Shown piece by piece: positions 1-12,020 of a DNA stretch of 64,000 bases (positions are counted from its first letter, which is position 1; every line of letters starts with the position of its first letter). Origin of the DNA: Octopus vulgaris (lineage: Eukaryota); NCBI GenBank assembly GCA_951406725.2, contig OX597819.1, forward strand, positions 5,270,001-5,334,000, in the 5' to 3' direction. A program made the position numbers and the translations under genes. The notes below the pieces were generated by a model that worked only from the letters and a program-made list of their open reading frames with translations, made no database searches and was not told the DNA's origin.

Positions 1-95
1 AGCCCAAATAATCCCCTTTATGTTCAAATGGAGACAAGACCTGACCTCTAACACCCACCCTACATCATTGGAGTCTCAGTTATGAGATAATGCAT

Positions 96-668
96 GAATA
101 GCCTGGGCAAAGTTCAGAGAGCTCTTACCTCTGCTGGTGACAAAAGGCCTCTCACTCAGGAAAAGGCAGACTGTAAGATGCATGTGTACGAACAGCCATG
201 CTACATGGCAGTGAAACATGGGTCGTGGCTGCTGAGGATATGCGTAAGCTTGCAAGGAATGAAGCCAGTATGCCCCGATGGATGTGTAATGTCAGTGTTC
301 ATACTCGACAGAGTGTAAGTACCTTGAGAGAAAAGTTGGACCTAAGAAGCATCAGTTATGGTGTGCAAGAGAGACGATTGCGCTGGTATGGGCATGTGGC
401 GAGAATGGATGAAGATAGTTGTGTGAAAAAGTGCCACACCCTAGCGGTTGAGGGAACCTGTGGAAGAGGTAGACACAGGAAAACCTGGGACGAGGTGGTG
501 AAGCACGACCTTCGAACATTAGGTCTCACCAAGGAAATGACTAGTGACCAAGACCTTTGGAAGTATGCTGTATGTGAGAAGACCCGGCAGGACAAGTGAG
601 ACCATAACCTGTGGCCTTTACCTGAGATGTAGCCAGTCCACTTATGCATACCTTTCCTTCTTGGGACA
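96..668 (+). mobile_element. RTE-clade LINE 3' fragment (ORF2 C-terminus and start of 3' UTR)
   Basis: ORF 198-599 (MLHGSETW...RRLRWYGHVARM...GRGRHRKTW) closely matches the C-terminus of the RTE at 30286-30948; similarity extends upstream to RIAWAKFRELLP at about 96. Confidence 0.9.
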
Positions 669-939
669 CCAGGTTCCAGTCTGATTTGGCTTGGTTTCTA
701 AGGCTGGATGTCATTCCTAATGCTAACCACTTTATACTGTGCTGGGTGCTTTTAATGTGGCACCAGTACAAGCGCTTTTATGTAATGCCAGCACATAAAA
801 GGTCAATCCTCTTCATCAGGAAGAGAGGCCTTAACACCTCTGTTGTGGAGGATGGGTTTTCTAGAATACAGTAAGATGCTAGATATCTCAATCATTGGCA
901 CCGTGCTGAACACAAGAAGACCTGTCCTCTTTTCAAAAC

Positions 940-989
<50 letters not shown>

Positions 990-991
<2 letters not shown>

Positions 992-1371
992 AGCACTCCG
1001 TCGGTTGCGACGATGAGGGTCCCAGCTGATACGATCAACGGAACAGCTTGCTCGTGATATTAACGTGCAAGTGGCTGAGCACTCCACAGACATGTGTACC
1101 CTTAACGTAGTTCTCGAGGAGATTCAGCGTGACACAGAGCGTGACAAGGCTGGCCCTTTGAAATACAGGTACAAGAGAAACAGGAAGAAACAGCGAGAGA
1201 AAGTTGTGGTGAAAGAGTACAGCAGGGTTCACCACCACTCCCTGCTGGAGCCTCGTGGAGCTTTAGGTGTTTTCGCTCAATAAACACTCACAATGCCCGG
1301 TCTGGGAATCAAAACCGCGATCCTCTGACCGCGAGTCTGCTGCCCTAACCACTGGGCCATTGCGCCTCCAC
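990..1371 (-). mobile_element. tRNA-derived SINE, family A, in a (TA)n tract
   Basis: Head GTGGAGGCGCAATGGCCCAGTGGTTAGGGCAGC with A/B-box-like motifs; 3' end CGTCGTCGCAACCGACGGAGTGCTCC; six near-identical copies in the window. Confidence 0.9.
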
Positions 1372-1533
1372 GTATATATATATATCATTTTGTCAAAGCA
1401 AATATTTGCACCTTCATTGACAGCTACTGTGATAATTCTTATTTGATAAAGATCTAATATTTTTCTAAGCCTATATAAAAATCTCACTCATCTTTGAAAC
1501 CTTTAAAATGATAAACCACAACTCAGATCTTGG

Positions 1534-1732
1534 TCCTTTAGCATTCAGATTACTCTGTCAAATGTAATGCTTATTTATACACGTTGTTTTGAATTTATCA
1601 TCTACTATCTTGTAACTTCGATATTTCGATGGTATGATAGTTTATTTTAAGAATGATATTGTAGGGTAAGTGTGAGAGGCTGGATCTGGCTGATTTAATC
1701 ATAAAACAAGTAGAATATCTGAGCCTGATATG
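1534..1732. mobile_element. piggyBac-type MITE, degenerate copy
   Basis: Homologous to 26350-26557 and 35263-35480; right end not intact. Confidence 0.6.
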
Positions 1733-2171
1733 TTCAATCAAAGAGTGAATCAAAGGCCTGATATATCAAAGGCTGAAGGAACTTTCAAGAAATGACTGAA
1801 GTCTTTGCTACCTCTTCTATGACACTAATAAATTTCCGTCTGTAATATTTTATTGTTGGACATAATTTTCAATCTTAAATACTTGGACAGAGCCAGCACA
1901 GAATGCATATCGGAGCAGACAAAGGGAGATATGCAAAGAAGTAATCTGAGCAAACCTGAGGACACTGCACCTCGAAGAAGACATGGTATAGGACTGTAAC
2001 ATGTAGACGTCGATGGTACTGCAAACTTGTCTAACTCATACCAGCATCGAAAAATGAACATGGTTGACTTGGTTTATAAAGTTCAGAACTTGCTATTGCA
2101 AACCAATCTTGTATTAAATCTTTTGCAACCTCTACATCTGCACCACTATGTTAGTTATTGATATATAATGC

Positions 2172-2310
2172 CGTGCCAGTGGCACATTAAAAGCTCCAAC
2201 CGATCGTGGCCGATGCCGGACCCCCCTGGCACATGTGCAGCTGGCACGTAAAAAGCACCCACTACACTCGCAGAGTGGTTGGCGTTAGGAAGGGCATCCA
2301 GCTGTAGAAA
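2172..2310 (+). mobile_element. RTE 3' UTR fragment
   Basis: GGCACGTAAAAAGCACCCACTACACTCG...GGAAGGGCATCCAGCTGTAGAAAC, shared with the 3' UTR of the 29552-31588 RTE. Confidence 0.8.
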
Positions 2311-2452
2311 CTGAAGTTGTCTGTGTATGGCAGGTTTGGTAGCCTTCAACTAACACTATATCTTACGAGACCCTGCGGCGCAAGTTGACCAAAATTGAGA
2401 GTATGATAGAAGAAGGCTTGCTCTTCATTATGTAGAAGATAAAATTCAAATC

Positions 2453-2657
2453 ACGGAGATGTACTCGCATAGCAAGTAATTTGATCTGAGATCGTGTGCT
2501 GAAACGAAAACAATTGCAGCGTGGGAGGTGTTTATAAGCCATTTAAGAAACACACAAAAGCCGTTCGATTCACTCCAACATTTAAGTTTAATTTGTCAAA
2601 ATATTTTCGTCGCTAAAATCCGCGACCTGTTCACTGACAAAGTCCGTGCTGCATCTC
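2453..2657 (-). mobile_element. 205-bp hammerhead-carrying insertion with 11-bp TSD
   Basis: AAATTCAAATC at 2442-2452 and 2658-2668; the paralogous Helitron has a single copy of this motif and no insert (about 33390-33400). Confidence 0.8.
2592..2641 (-). ncRNA. Minimal type-I hammerhead ribozyme, G3:C8 variant
   Basis: Minus strand reads TTTGTCA GTGAACA G GTCGC ggatttta GCGAC GAA AATATT T TGACAAA: 7-bp helix I, 5-bp helix II, palindromic helix III. Confidence 0.65.
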
Positions 2658-3294
2658 AAATTCAAATCGGACCATGTTAACACCAAAAATTATTTACATC
2701 AAAAAGGTGCTTTTATTCTATGAAAATCCCTATTTTTTACGATTTTTTGACTGCTGTGTCGTCATTTTTCGGTGTATTTCAACCAGAAAAATGTTCACTT
2801 AAAGAGAATAACAAGCTACATGATGCAAAATTTTTACTTTTCAAAAGTTCTAAGGTTCGAAACAAACCCGAGCAATGCCGGGCGATACTGCTAGTATATA
2901 TATAAAGATAAGCTTAGCTAGCTCAACAAAAATCAAGTGGATCATGATTAATTTTAGTGACACTGAATGAAACTTGAAATACACAAAGTGAGATCATAAT
3001 AGTTTTCGTGCAAGTTAATAAAGACAAGGTGGACTTGTGCAATAGCTGAAAGTCCGTCGAAGGGAATATAAGAAATATATAAACTGGAAAGTTGCTTTTT
3101 CGAGTTATTTCCTTTCTTTTACTCATTGCTAAACACCAGGTTTTACACTACAAACATTTAAAATAATAGTTAACAGGGAAAACAAGGAAATCAGAGTTTA
3201 AAAAAGAATGGATCGTATTAACAACATAGTCAGTAAATATTAATTATTTCGTTTTTGGATTTGGTTTGCAAGATTCTTTATGTGAGTTCGTGTG

Positions 3295-3456
3295 TTGAAG
3301 CATTTCTGTTGTTTCTGGGGAGAGTCATTATCTTTTGGTACCTTATTATTTAAACACACTCATTAAGTGGAAATTTCCACTTATTAAGTTGAAATTTTAC
3401 GTTATAAGGCACTAAAAGAGAATGACTCTCCCCAGACACAACAGAATATGCTTCAA
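3295..3456. repeat. Fold-back inverted repeat, arms about 52 bp, with inner palindrome
   Basis: 3295-3346 is the imperfect reverse complement of 3404-3456; TAAGTGGAAATTTCCACTTA lies between the arms. Confidence 0.85.
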
Positions 3457-3699
3457 TATGTTTTACGATTATTATTATTGTTAAGCTTTGCAAAATTATT
3501 TGAAGTTTTTTTGCTGAATCCTCGACATTTTGATATAAACAACCTCTGTTTCGATCGGAAAGAATAGGAAATGAATGTCACAGGAAAGACTGAAAAATTA
3601 ACAAAGATTACATTTTGAATAAGGCAAATGAAATACAGCAAGATCAAGAGTGGTTTCACTCCGATTTTAAACATAAACAAATACCTTTTCATCCGATTG

Positions 3700-4060
3700 T
3701 CAACTCATTCGGGACATTTACTTTTCATACAATCCGCGCTGTAATATGCTAATGTCTACATGTAAACTAAACGTTGATTGGTCGAATTTAGAAATGACGT
3801 AATAACTCTGCCAAAACTAACCAATCGTTATCGTTGTAACTGATACTCGCGATACTTTTTACCCACGCTCCTTACTTTCGGTCGCAGAGTTTTTCCTCCT
3901 TCCAAGTTTTTTGCCAATTTTTCGCTTCATTAAAGTTCATTTTCGCTTCGTTTAAGTCGAGACGACCATCGTTCCTTTATACGATGCTGGTAACTCGTCA
4001 ACGACCAGCAGTATGGCAAATTTAGAAGCACTAAAATATGTTCGATATCCGTATTATTTG
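3700..4060. promoter_or_regulatory. Candidate CpG-rich promoter, possibly bidirectional
   Basis: CpG-rich non-repeat sequence; ATTGG at 3777-3781, TGACGT at 3795-3800, CCAAT at 3821-3825. Confidence 0.45.
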
Positions 4061-4494
4061 ATATAAAAGTTGTAGGAAACTTGATGATGGTTTTTCACTG
4101 CTTTTTGAATAAACTGAAGTTTTTTTCTTTTAATCGAAGTTAAATTTGCTTGGCAAAGGGTTTGAGTTGGGTAGAAATGGAAACAATTATGTGATTGCTA
4201 GTCACAGCACATATATTATATGTTTATATTAACTTTTGCTTTACTGGGACATCGTTTTTGATACGAACTGTTGGCAACAGGTTTCTTATTAAGCATTTTA
4301 GTAATTCTTTTGGAAAACTTTAAGGGATTCTCTGTGCTCTGAATTTTGGGACATTTGATATACTTCGTAATTCTCTGATATATTCATTTCTATCCAATTC
4401 TATCAATTGCGTATATTATTTTCTAATGGCATTCTTACACAATTTTGTTTCCTCATACTTCTAAAAAAAATGTGTTTTTTAATGAAATTATCAG

Positions 4495-4541
4495 CCAAAG
4501 CCTTGCGAATGGATTTGGTTGAAGGATAGTGAAAGAAGCCC

Positions 4542-4578
<37 letters not shown>

Positions 4579-4925
4579 ATGATCCGGTTCTTGACTGAAG
4601 ATTGAAGGCTTCGAATGTCCCGTCCGTGTTTTTTGTATCGTCTTCTAAATGTTTTGCGTTCTTGTCCCAGTTTGTATTTTTTTACATATATATATATATA
4701 TTTGTATGTTTATAGAATTGTGTCAGTATTTGTTGCCCTCCACCGCTTGACAACCGGTGCTGGTGTGTTTACGTTCCCGTAACAAAGCGATTCGGCCAAA
4801 AAGACCGATTGAATAAGTACCGTGCTTTAAAAATAAGTACTGTGGTTAATTCATTTTATTAACAGTTCTTCAAAGTGGTGCCCCAGCATGGGTACAGTCT
4901 AATGACTAAAATAAGTAAAAGATAA
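4495..4925 (+). mobile_element. SINE family B, 5'-truncated, with an insertion in its (TA)n tract
   Basis: AAAGCCTTGCGAATGGATTTGG...CTTGACAACCGGTGCTGGTGTGTTTACG...AGTCTAATGACTAAAATAAGTAAAAG. Confidence 0.75.
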
Positions 4926-5927
4926 ATACGTTTCAGATTGTGTAGATTCTGACTATATTGGAATTTGTGAAGAACTTTTGCCATGGATGGAGAGAGGAGT
5001 TTCAGGAAATTTGTTTCTTCATTACTTTTTAAAAAATGGGTATTTGTAGAAAATTTCATTTAGAAATATCCATTTTCTGAAAGTTATGAAGAAACAAAAT
5101 CATTGGTTAAGGACACACTTGTATAGGTATGCTGTCGAGTAAAAATATTTTTAAAAATTTCATGTATCACCTGATCATTGAATAAAACATTTATATACTT
5201 TTTATCGTCATTCAACGTCCGTTTTCCATGCTGGCATGGGTTGGACGGTTTGACTGAAAGCTGGGAGCTGCACCAGGTTCCAATCTGATTTGTTATACAG
5301 TTTTAATTTTAAGGAAGGGAAATAACTCAAATAGGTCAGGTGTGAATTTAGCTGGTGATGTCTCCAAAAATTCTGAATTGAAATTTGCATGAGAGTTGGA
5401 GAAAGAAACCAAAAATCTAATGGTAAATAATTGACTTATAAAAAGTAAGGGAAAGAAACGTAATTTCAATAAATGGAAAATTAAATTCTCAAAGTTAATT
5501 TACAACCTAAGGGCAAATCTGATCCTTGTTTTCAGTCAACAGACAACAATGGGTCTTATTTGAGTTTATTAGACCTCATCAGCATAGTAAAGTATAACCA
5601 AGTTTATATATAGAAAAAGTGTTAGAAATATTTGGGGGATTTAGCAATGAGATCTTACATAGTTGACATTATGTCTAAATTATTGAAACTTCAATCCCTA
5701 GAACAGCAGTTGTCAAAATAATGTTTCCACACTTAAGTGAGTTTATAAACATTTATAGAATTAATGCTTAAAAATATATTAAACAGGAATTGTTTGGGTC
5801 AGGTTTGAACTGACTGAGCAGACCTATTTAAAAGAGGGCATTTATATCTTTTTCTATTTTTACAGGTTTGAAAAGCTTGTACCAGGTTTATTGATTTGAA
5901 CACTGGACTTGCTTTCAATCAGAAACC

Positions 5928-6245
5928 AGTCCCACAGCTTGGCACCTTGGGCAAGTGTCTTCTACTATAGCCTTGGAGTGATCACAGCCTTATGAGTGAA
6001 TTTCATAGATGCAAACTGGAAGAAGCCTGTAATAATATATGTGTATCTTTGTACTTGTGCTTGTCACCCCACCACTGCTTGACAGCTGGTGGTGGTATCT
6101 TCATGTCCCCATAACTTAGCAGTTCAGTAAAAAGACCAATAGAATAAGTACTAGGCTTAGAATCAATTTGTTCGACTAAAAAAAAAACCTTCAAGGTGGT
6201 CCCCCAGCATAACCACAGTTAAATGACTGAAACAATGAAATATAA
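5928..6245 (+). mobile_element. SINE family B, degenerate
   Basis: GGCACCTTGGGCAAGTGTCTTCTACTATAGCC...AAATGACTGAAAC. Confidence 0.75.
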
Positions 6246-6249
6246 ATAA

Positions 6250-6648
6250 CTAGCAGTATCGCCAGGCGTTGCTCGGGTTTGTAAGGGAAATAACTATATA
6301 AGCATTTTTAGAGATGTAAAGTATAATAGCCATCTCAATATGGCTAACCACAAATGGGGGGGGGGTTACTGTAGCTTTTTACGTTCTGAGATTTGATAAT
6401 AAATTTGTAGAGAGTTACTTCCCTTATATATGCCAAAAGTACATTAAAAAATGGGAAAAATTTATGGTAATTTTTTTTTTAAATCGTAGAGTCATCGTAG
6501 ACGCGCGCTAATGCCCAGAAGGGCTCGATATGAATCACGACTATAAGATACCCGCTTTTGGTTACACTGCACCGCAAAATGTGGGAGTAGTTAGGAATCT
6601 AAATCGTAGGAGACAGACAGCACACAACCTCACTTTTATATATAAAGA
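6250..6648 (-). mobile_element. Non-autonomous Helitron family 1
   Basis: On the minus strand A|TCTTTATATATAAAAG...CCCGAGCAACGCCTGGCGATACTGCTAG|T: TC/CTAG termini, AT target, subterminal hairpin, no TSD. Confidence 0.85.
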
Positions 6649-7149
6649 TATGTGTGTGTGCGTAATTTTGGGGAAGCACCAATGCATGAAACTCTCAGCC
6701 CTTCAGTCACTCAGTCACGTAAAAGGTAAGTATAGTCATTGTGAAAATGAAGTTAATAGGGTTTTCAGCTGAACTATATTACTAACACCTCATGTCCCAT
6801 CAAGTATTAACAGTAAGTCTGATGCTATCTGAGGGGCAGTTTGGGTAATTATAGGCAACTCTGACTTTGATGCATATTAAACCAGCTGCTAGATTCCTTC
6901 CTGCTCCTTTTCCTTGCACTGCTTGTGCTACTCCAAGGTCTGTTTGCAGTGCATGAAATAGCAGCTAACATTGAACTAACATGTGAAGTTGCACATCACA
7001 TAGTACCATGAGTGTGTGTGTGTGTGTGTGTGTGTGTATTCTTTTATTCTTTTACTTGTTTCAGTCATTTGACTGTTGCCATGCTGGAGCACAGCCTTGA
7101 GGGGTTTTAGTCAAACAAGTCAACCCCGGGACTTGTTTTTTATATATGA

Positions 7150-7462
7150 ATACTGGCACTCCATCAGTTCCAGCTGATCCAGTCTATGGAACAGCCTACT
7201 TATGAAATTATATGCACGTGGCTGAGTACTCCTCAGACACTTGTACCCTTAGCATAGTTCTCAAGGAGATTCAGTGTGGTATAAGATGTGACAAGGCTGA
7301 CCCTTTGAAATGCAGGTACTACTCATTCTTGCTAGCTGAGGCAACTGGAGCAATGTGAAATAAAATGTCTTGCTCAATGGCACAGCATGCCACTGGAAAT
7401 CAAACACACATCTTTGCAATCATGAGCTAAATACCCTAACCAATAAGCCACTCACCTTCACC
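7150..7462 (-). mobile_element. Older SINE: tRNA head, CORE-like centre, family-A 3' half
   Basis: 3' part (GTACCTGCATTTCAAAGGGTCAGCCTTGTCAC...) matches family A; centre (TTGAGCAAGACATTTTATTTCACATTGCTCCAGTT) matches 42713-43053. Confidence 0.7.
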
Positions 7463-7487
7463 TATGTGTGTGTGTGATAGTTGTAAA

Positions 7488-7812
7488 GTTAGTTAGTTAA
7501 TTTTTTGGCTCAAAAAGCAAAAAGCAAGGCCATGTATGGGGACATTGAGTTATGTACAGGGTGGTGTTCATGTAAAGAGTTCAGGCCACTTGAGGTCAAG
7601 GGAGACTTTGAACAAAGCGGTCGTCGGCATCTTTACCATCTCGTCTGGCAGCTTGTTCCACGGATCCGCAACCCAGACGAAGAAAGCCCCTCTCCTTCGA
7701 TTGAGATGAAATCGTCGCAGATAGAGCTTTTCGGAATGACCCCGCAGCCGACGCTCTGGAGCAGGAGTGAAGAACAGCTCTTTCGAGAGGTTACACTTTC
7801 CGCTTATGATGT
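7488..7812 (-). mobile_element. CR1/L2-group LINE 3' end with (AACT)n tail
   Basis: RLRGHSEKLYLRRFHLNRRRGAFFVWVADPWNKLP; near-identical to 53030-53338. Confidence 0.9.
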
Positions 7813-8275
7813 TGTGAGCGAGAATCTTTGTTTCCAATATTCTTTGAAAACCTGTCTGGTCATGGAGAAATGTCTTACTTGGAAACAAGTGAAGGTTGCT
7901 GATAGGGCATTTGACTGTAGAAAATCCACCTCAACAAATTCTCGACCCATGCAAGCATGGAAAAGTGGACATTAAAATGATGATGTAACAGTTTTCAGTT
8001 TCCCCTCAATGTGCCAATTATTTTGAATTTTCCTTGTTAAATGAGGTTTGGTTTTTTTAGCCAAGTTCATTAATAACTTTGGTGTCATTTTCCTATAAGC
8101 AAAGGGTTTTTTTTTTTACCCTTCACTATTTGTCATTCAGCATATGATTACTAGGATTACATTAACAAACATGTCCTCCTTTCTTAGATGATAGAATATG
8201 ACTCATATTTTCAGCCCACAGCCCACCAAAAGCATTTGAGTCATGACAAAGTTATTGTTGTTGTTTTTTTCACAT

Positions 8276-8677
8276 AGGCGCAGGAGTGGCTGTGTGGTAA
8301 GTAGCTTGCTAACCAACCACATGGTTCCGGGTTCAGTCCCACTGCATGGCATCTTGGGCAAGTGTATTCTGCTATAGCCCCGGGCCTACCAATGCCTTGT
8401 GAGTGGATTTGGTAGACGGAAACTGAAAGAAGCCTGTCGTATATATGTATATGTATGTATGTGTTTGTGTGTCTGTGTTTGTACCCCTAGCATTGCTTGA
8501 CAACCGATGCTGGTGTGTTTACGTCCCCATAACTTAGCGGTTCAGCAAAAGAGACTGATAGAATAAGTACTGGACTTACAAAGAATAAGTCCCGGGGGCG
8601 ATTTGCTCGACTAAAGGCGGTGCTCCAGCATGGCCGCAGTCAAATGACTGAAACATGTAAAAGAGTAAAAAGAGTAA
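8276..8677 (+). mobile_element. SINE family B, full length
   Basis: tRNA-like head AGGCGCAGGAGTGGCTGTGTGGTAAG...GGTTCAGTCCC, CORE-like CTTGGGCAAGT, internal microsatellite, (GTAAAAGA)n tail. Confidence 0.9.
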
Positions 8678-9091
8678 TATAATGTACTCAGGATTATATT
8701 GCTCAATGTGTCCATCCCCTCTAATATGATAAAGTGTGAGATTAGCTAAATTTGGATGCTATTATTTCTTTTGCAGGCAAAGCAAATATGTAAAAGCTTC
8801 CTTGATAATTGATGAAGGTAGTTGAAAGCACTGAGCTAAATATTTTACAGTGTTTTGTTTAGTCCTTATAAGTTCTGAGTTGAAATCCTAAGTTGTCTTC
8901 CTTGTTTTCAGAATAAATATCGTTCAAAAATGTTTACTTCTCCTCTTTACAGATACACTCTTCATTAATTACAGTATTCACAATCTCTTCATTAAATGCA
9001 TGAAATTTCTGAGTTATTTTCCAAAGTTTTAATATTGGTTTCAAATTTTGACACAAGGCCAGTAATTTGGGGGAAGCAGGTAAGTCAATTA

Positions 9092-9400
9092 CAGCACAGC
9101 TCCCATGACTTCAGGAAACATTTTTTCATGCTGAGAGTTGCTGAAGCGTGGAACAAACTGCCGGCATCAGTTGTTAGTTGTCAGAGCACTGCATCCTTCA
9201 AAACTTCCATGCTTTCTGAGATTCGCCAACACTACACCTGATTTTCTCCCCTCCATACACACGCAAGCATGTATCTGACTCATACATTGTTCGCTTTCCA
9301 GACATTTGTACATTACTGCATATACTTTATATGCACTTTCTGACAAGTTGTGGTGCACCTGAGCACTGTATACAATAATTTCATTATTATATTATTATTA
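9092..9400 (+). mobile_element. CR1-like LINE family 2, 3' end with (ATT)n tail
   Basis: HSSHDFRKHFFMLRVAEAWNKLP; splits a family-C SINE whose pieces lie at about 9035-9090 and 9405-9555 (minus strand). Confidence 0.8.
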
Positions 9401-10289
9401 TAAACCCCATTTCTCAACTGATACTTATTTTATCCACCCCAAAAGGATGAAAGGCAAAGTTGACTTCAGCAGAATTTGAACTCAGAACATAAAGGCAGAT
9501 TAAATGCTGTTATGCATTTTTCCCAATGTGCTAATGATTTTACTGGTTTGCCACCTTTCTATGTTTTGATATTGGTTTGTCATACCAGCATATGTACTAT
9601 ATAATTCTTTGTATCCACTGACCTGGCTGACATGAGGCAATTATAATTTGCTAAGGAAGCTGAAACATCTTGGAGGACTTACTGCCTGCAAAAGAGCAGA
9701 CTACTCTTCTTATCACTACACTATCTGCTAGAAACAGCAGCTAAATCTCCACTTATTTATATCCTACTATCTTAAAATAGGAAGGAAATTTAGTATAATG
9801 CAATCCTAGCTACACTATGTCTGTATAAATATGGGACTACTATGGCTTAAACACATTATATCATAGGTCTGTTTTATCTGAGCTAAACAATAGCCATGAA
9901 AATCTGCTGGCTAACTTGCCTGACAATGGGTTCCAACAAACATTCAAATATAGTAGAATAAATTGACTCTTGTCTAGTCATAGCTGCCAGTTGATTTTTA
10001 TTCCTACATTTGCTTGTTTCACTGCCCTAGTTTGACATTAATAAGATCGACTTGACTTTTTATACATCTTGATCGAATGAATTTTCATTAATGATATTTA
10101 GTCAAATAAAGCTTATTCTGTTATTGGTCGCAGTTGCTGGACTGTAATCTTGCAAGGCCAAAACCTTCAAGGTTTTACATCATATTGACCGCAGTACTTA
10201 TTTCAGTCTGTTACAGATTTTATTGATCTCTATTTTATTGCAGTGTTAAGTTACAATTTTTGCATAAAGTAACTTTCTACCAATTTACT

Positions 10290-10592
10290 GTAGTAAACAT
10301 AAACACACTGAACACCTTTTTGATCTCCATGTGTCTAACACACGTGGACATGCCTACAAAGTCAGAAAACAACACAGCTCCCATGACTTTCGGAAACATT
10401 TTTTCACGCTCAGAGTTGCTGAAGCATGGAACAAACTGCCTGCGTCAGTTGTTGACTACCATGACACTGCATCCTTTAAGGCCCTCATGCTTTCCGAAAT
10501 CCGCCGAAACTACACCTGATTATACATACACTTTAGATGAGTTGTAGTGCACCTGAGCACTGTACACAATGTTTTTATTATTATTATTATTA
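10290..10592 (+). mobile_element. CR1-like LINE family 2, 3' end
   Basis: NTRGHAYKVRKQHSSHDFRKHFFTLRVAEAWNKLP followed by an (ATT)n tail. Confidence 0.85.
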
Positions 10593-11164
10593 TACAAATT
10601 CATGCACACATACACACCATTGTCATCATCATCATCATCATCACTTAATGTCCATTTTATGCTGGCATGGGTTGGACAGTTTCTCAGGAGCTAGCAAGGA
10701 CAGGAGTCATACCAGGCATCACTGCCTGTTTTGGCATGGTTTCTACAGCTGGATGCCAACTACTTTACAAAGTGAACCGGGTGCTTTTTATGTGGCACCA
10801 GCAGTGATAAGGTCACCAGGTACCTTGCAAGACAAAAGAGACAAAAAGGCAAACTGGGAGGGGAGTTGTTCCTTTGTACCACATGAGAGATTAAAAGTAT
10901 AGAGGGACAGAAATAGTTGTCTTACTGTAGATACATGGATACTCCAGTTAGAAAGAAAAGGAGGATGAATTAGGGAGTAAAATAGAGAGAATTAGGGAGT
11001 AAAAGAGATGATGGTAAAGATGTGTCAGGAAATGCCATCGAGGGAAATTAGGAGTGGTGAAAATAGGTGAAGTGATACAGAGGTTTGGCCTGTGTGACTG
11101 GATGGGGTAGAAGTGACTATAGTAAATGATGGAGAGAAACCTGGGAGAGGCTCAGAGTGTGGGG

Positions 11165-11548
11165 GGAAGCACTCCGTCGGTTACGACGACAAGGGTTCCG
11201 GTTGATCCGATCAACGGAACAGCCTGCTCGTGAAATTAACGTGTAAGTGGCTGAGCACTCCACAGACACGTGCACCCTTAACATAGTTCTCAGGGATATT
11301 CAGCGTGACACAGAGAGTGACAAGGCTGGCCCTTTGAAATACAGGTACAACAGAAACAGGAAGTAAGGGTGAAAGAAAGTTGTGGTGGAAGAGTACAGCA
11401 GGGATCACCACCATCCCCTGCCGGAGCCCCGTGGAGCTTTTAGGTGTTTTTGCTCAATAAACACTCACAACGCCCGGTCTGGGAATCGAAACCGCGATCC
11501 TACGACCGCGAGTCCACTGCCCTAACCACTGGGCCATTGCGCCTCCAC
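11165..11548 (-). mobile_element. SINE family A
   Basis: Full-length copy nested in a purine-rich, RTE-tail-bearing relic (about 10620-11640). Confidence 0.9.
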
Positions 11549-11807
11549 GGGTAGATATGAGAGTCATAGCAGATAAGCAAGGTGTTAAAGATGGAGAACA
11601 GCATTGGGAGAAGAAGGCACTCCCAAGGCATTGGTCAATCCAAAACTATGGCAGAAGACAGCTATGGTGTCACACAGTGAGATTGAACTTGGAACTACAT
11701 GGCTGCACAACAAACTTTTTAACTACACAGCCATGTCTGCATCTTTATGTCACCACATCTTACACAATATTATATTGACTTATAAACCAATATTCATTGA
11801 GCACAAA

Positions 11808-12020
11808 GAGGTGAGCTGGCAGAATCTCAGCATGCCAGGCAAGATGCTTTGTAACATTTCATCCATCTTTATGTTCTGAGTACAAATTCTGCCAAGGCCG
11901 ACTTAGTTTTTCATCCTTTTGGGGTCGATAAAATAAGTACCAGTTGAGAACTGAGGTTGATGTAATTGGCTTAAACCCTACCCTAAACTTGGTGGCTTTG
12001 TGCCAAAACTTGAAATCAAT
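11808..12020 (+). mobile_element. SINE family C, degenerate
   Basis: GGTGAGCTGGCAGAATC...TTTCATCCTTTTGGGGTCGATAAAATAAGTACCAG. Confidence 0.75.

Larger units (their letters stand above)
2311..2894 (+). mobile_element. Non-autonomous Helitron family 2, 5' end lost, carrying a 205-bp insertion
   Basis: 3' hairpin CCCGAGCAATGCCGGG followed by CTAG|T; body aligns with 33237-33655. Confidence 0.8.

Noticed and set aside
1825-2061. 78-aa minus-strand ORF
   Set aside because: No recognisable motifs or convincing splice sites.
4577-4690. Hammerhead at CTGAAGA...GAATGTCCCGTC inside a TA tract
   Set aside because: GAAA is replaced by GAAT and helices I and III do not pair; at most a dead relic.
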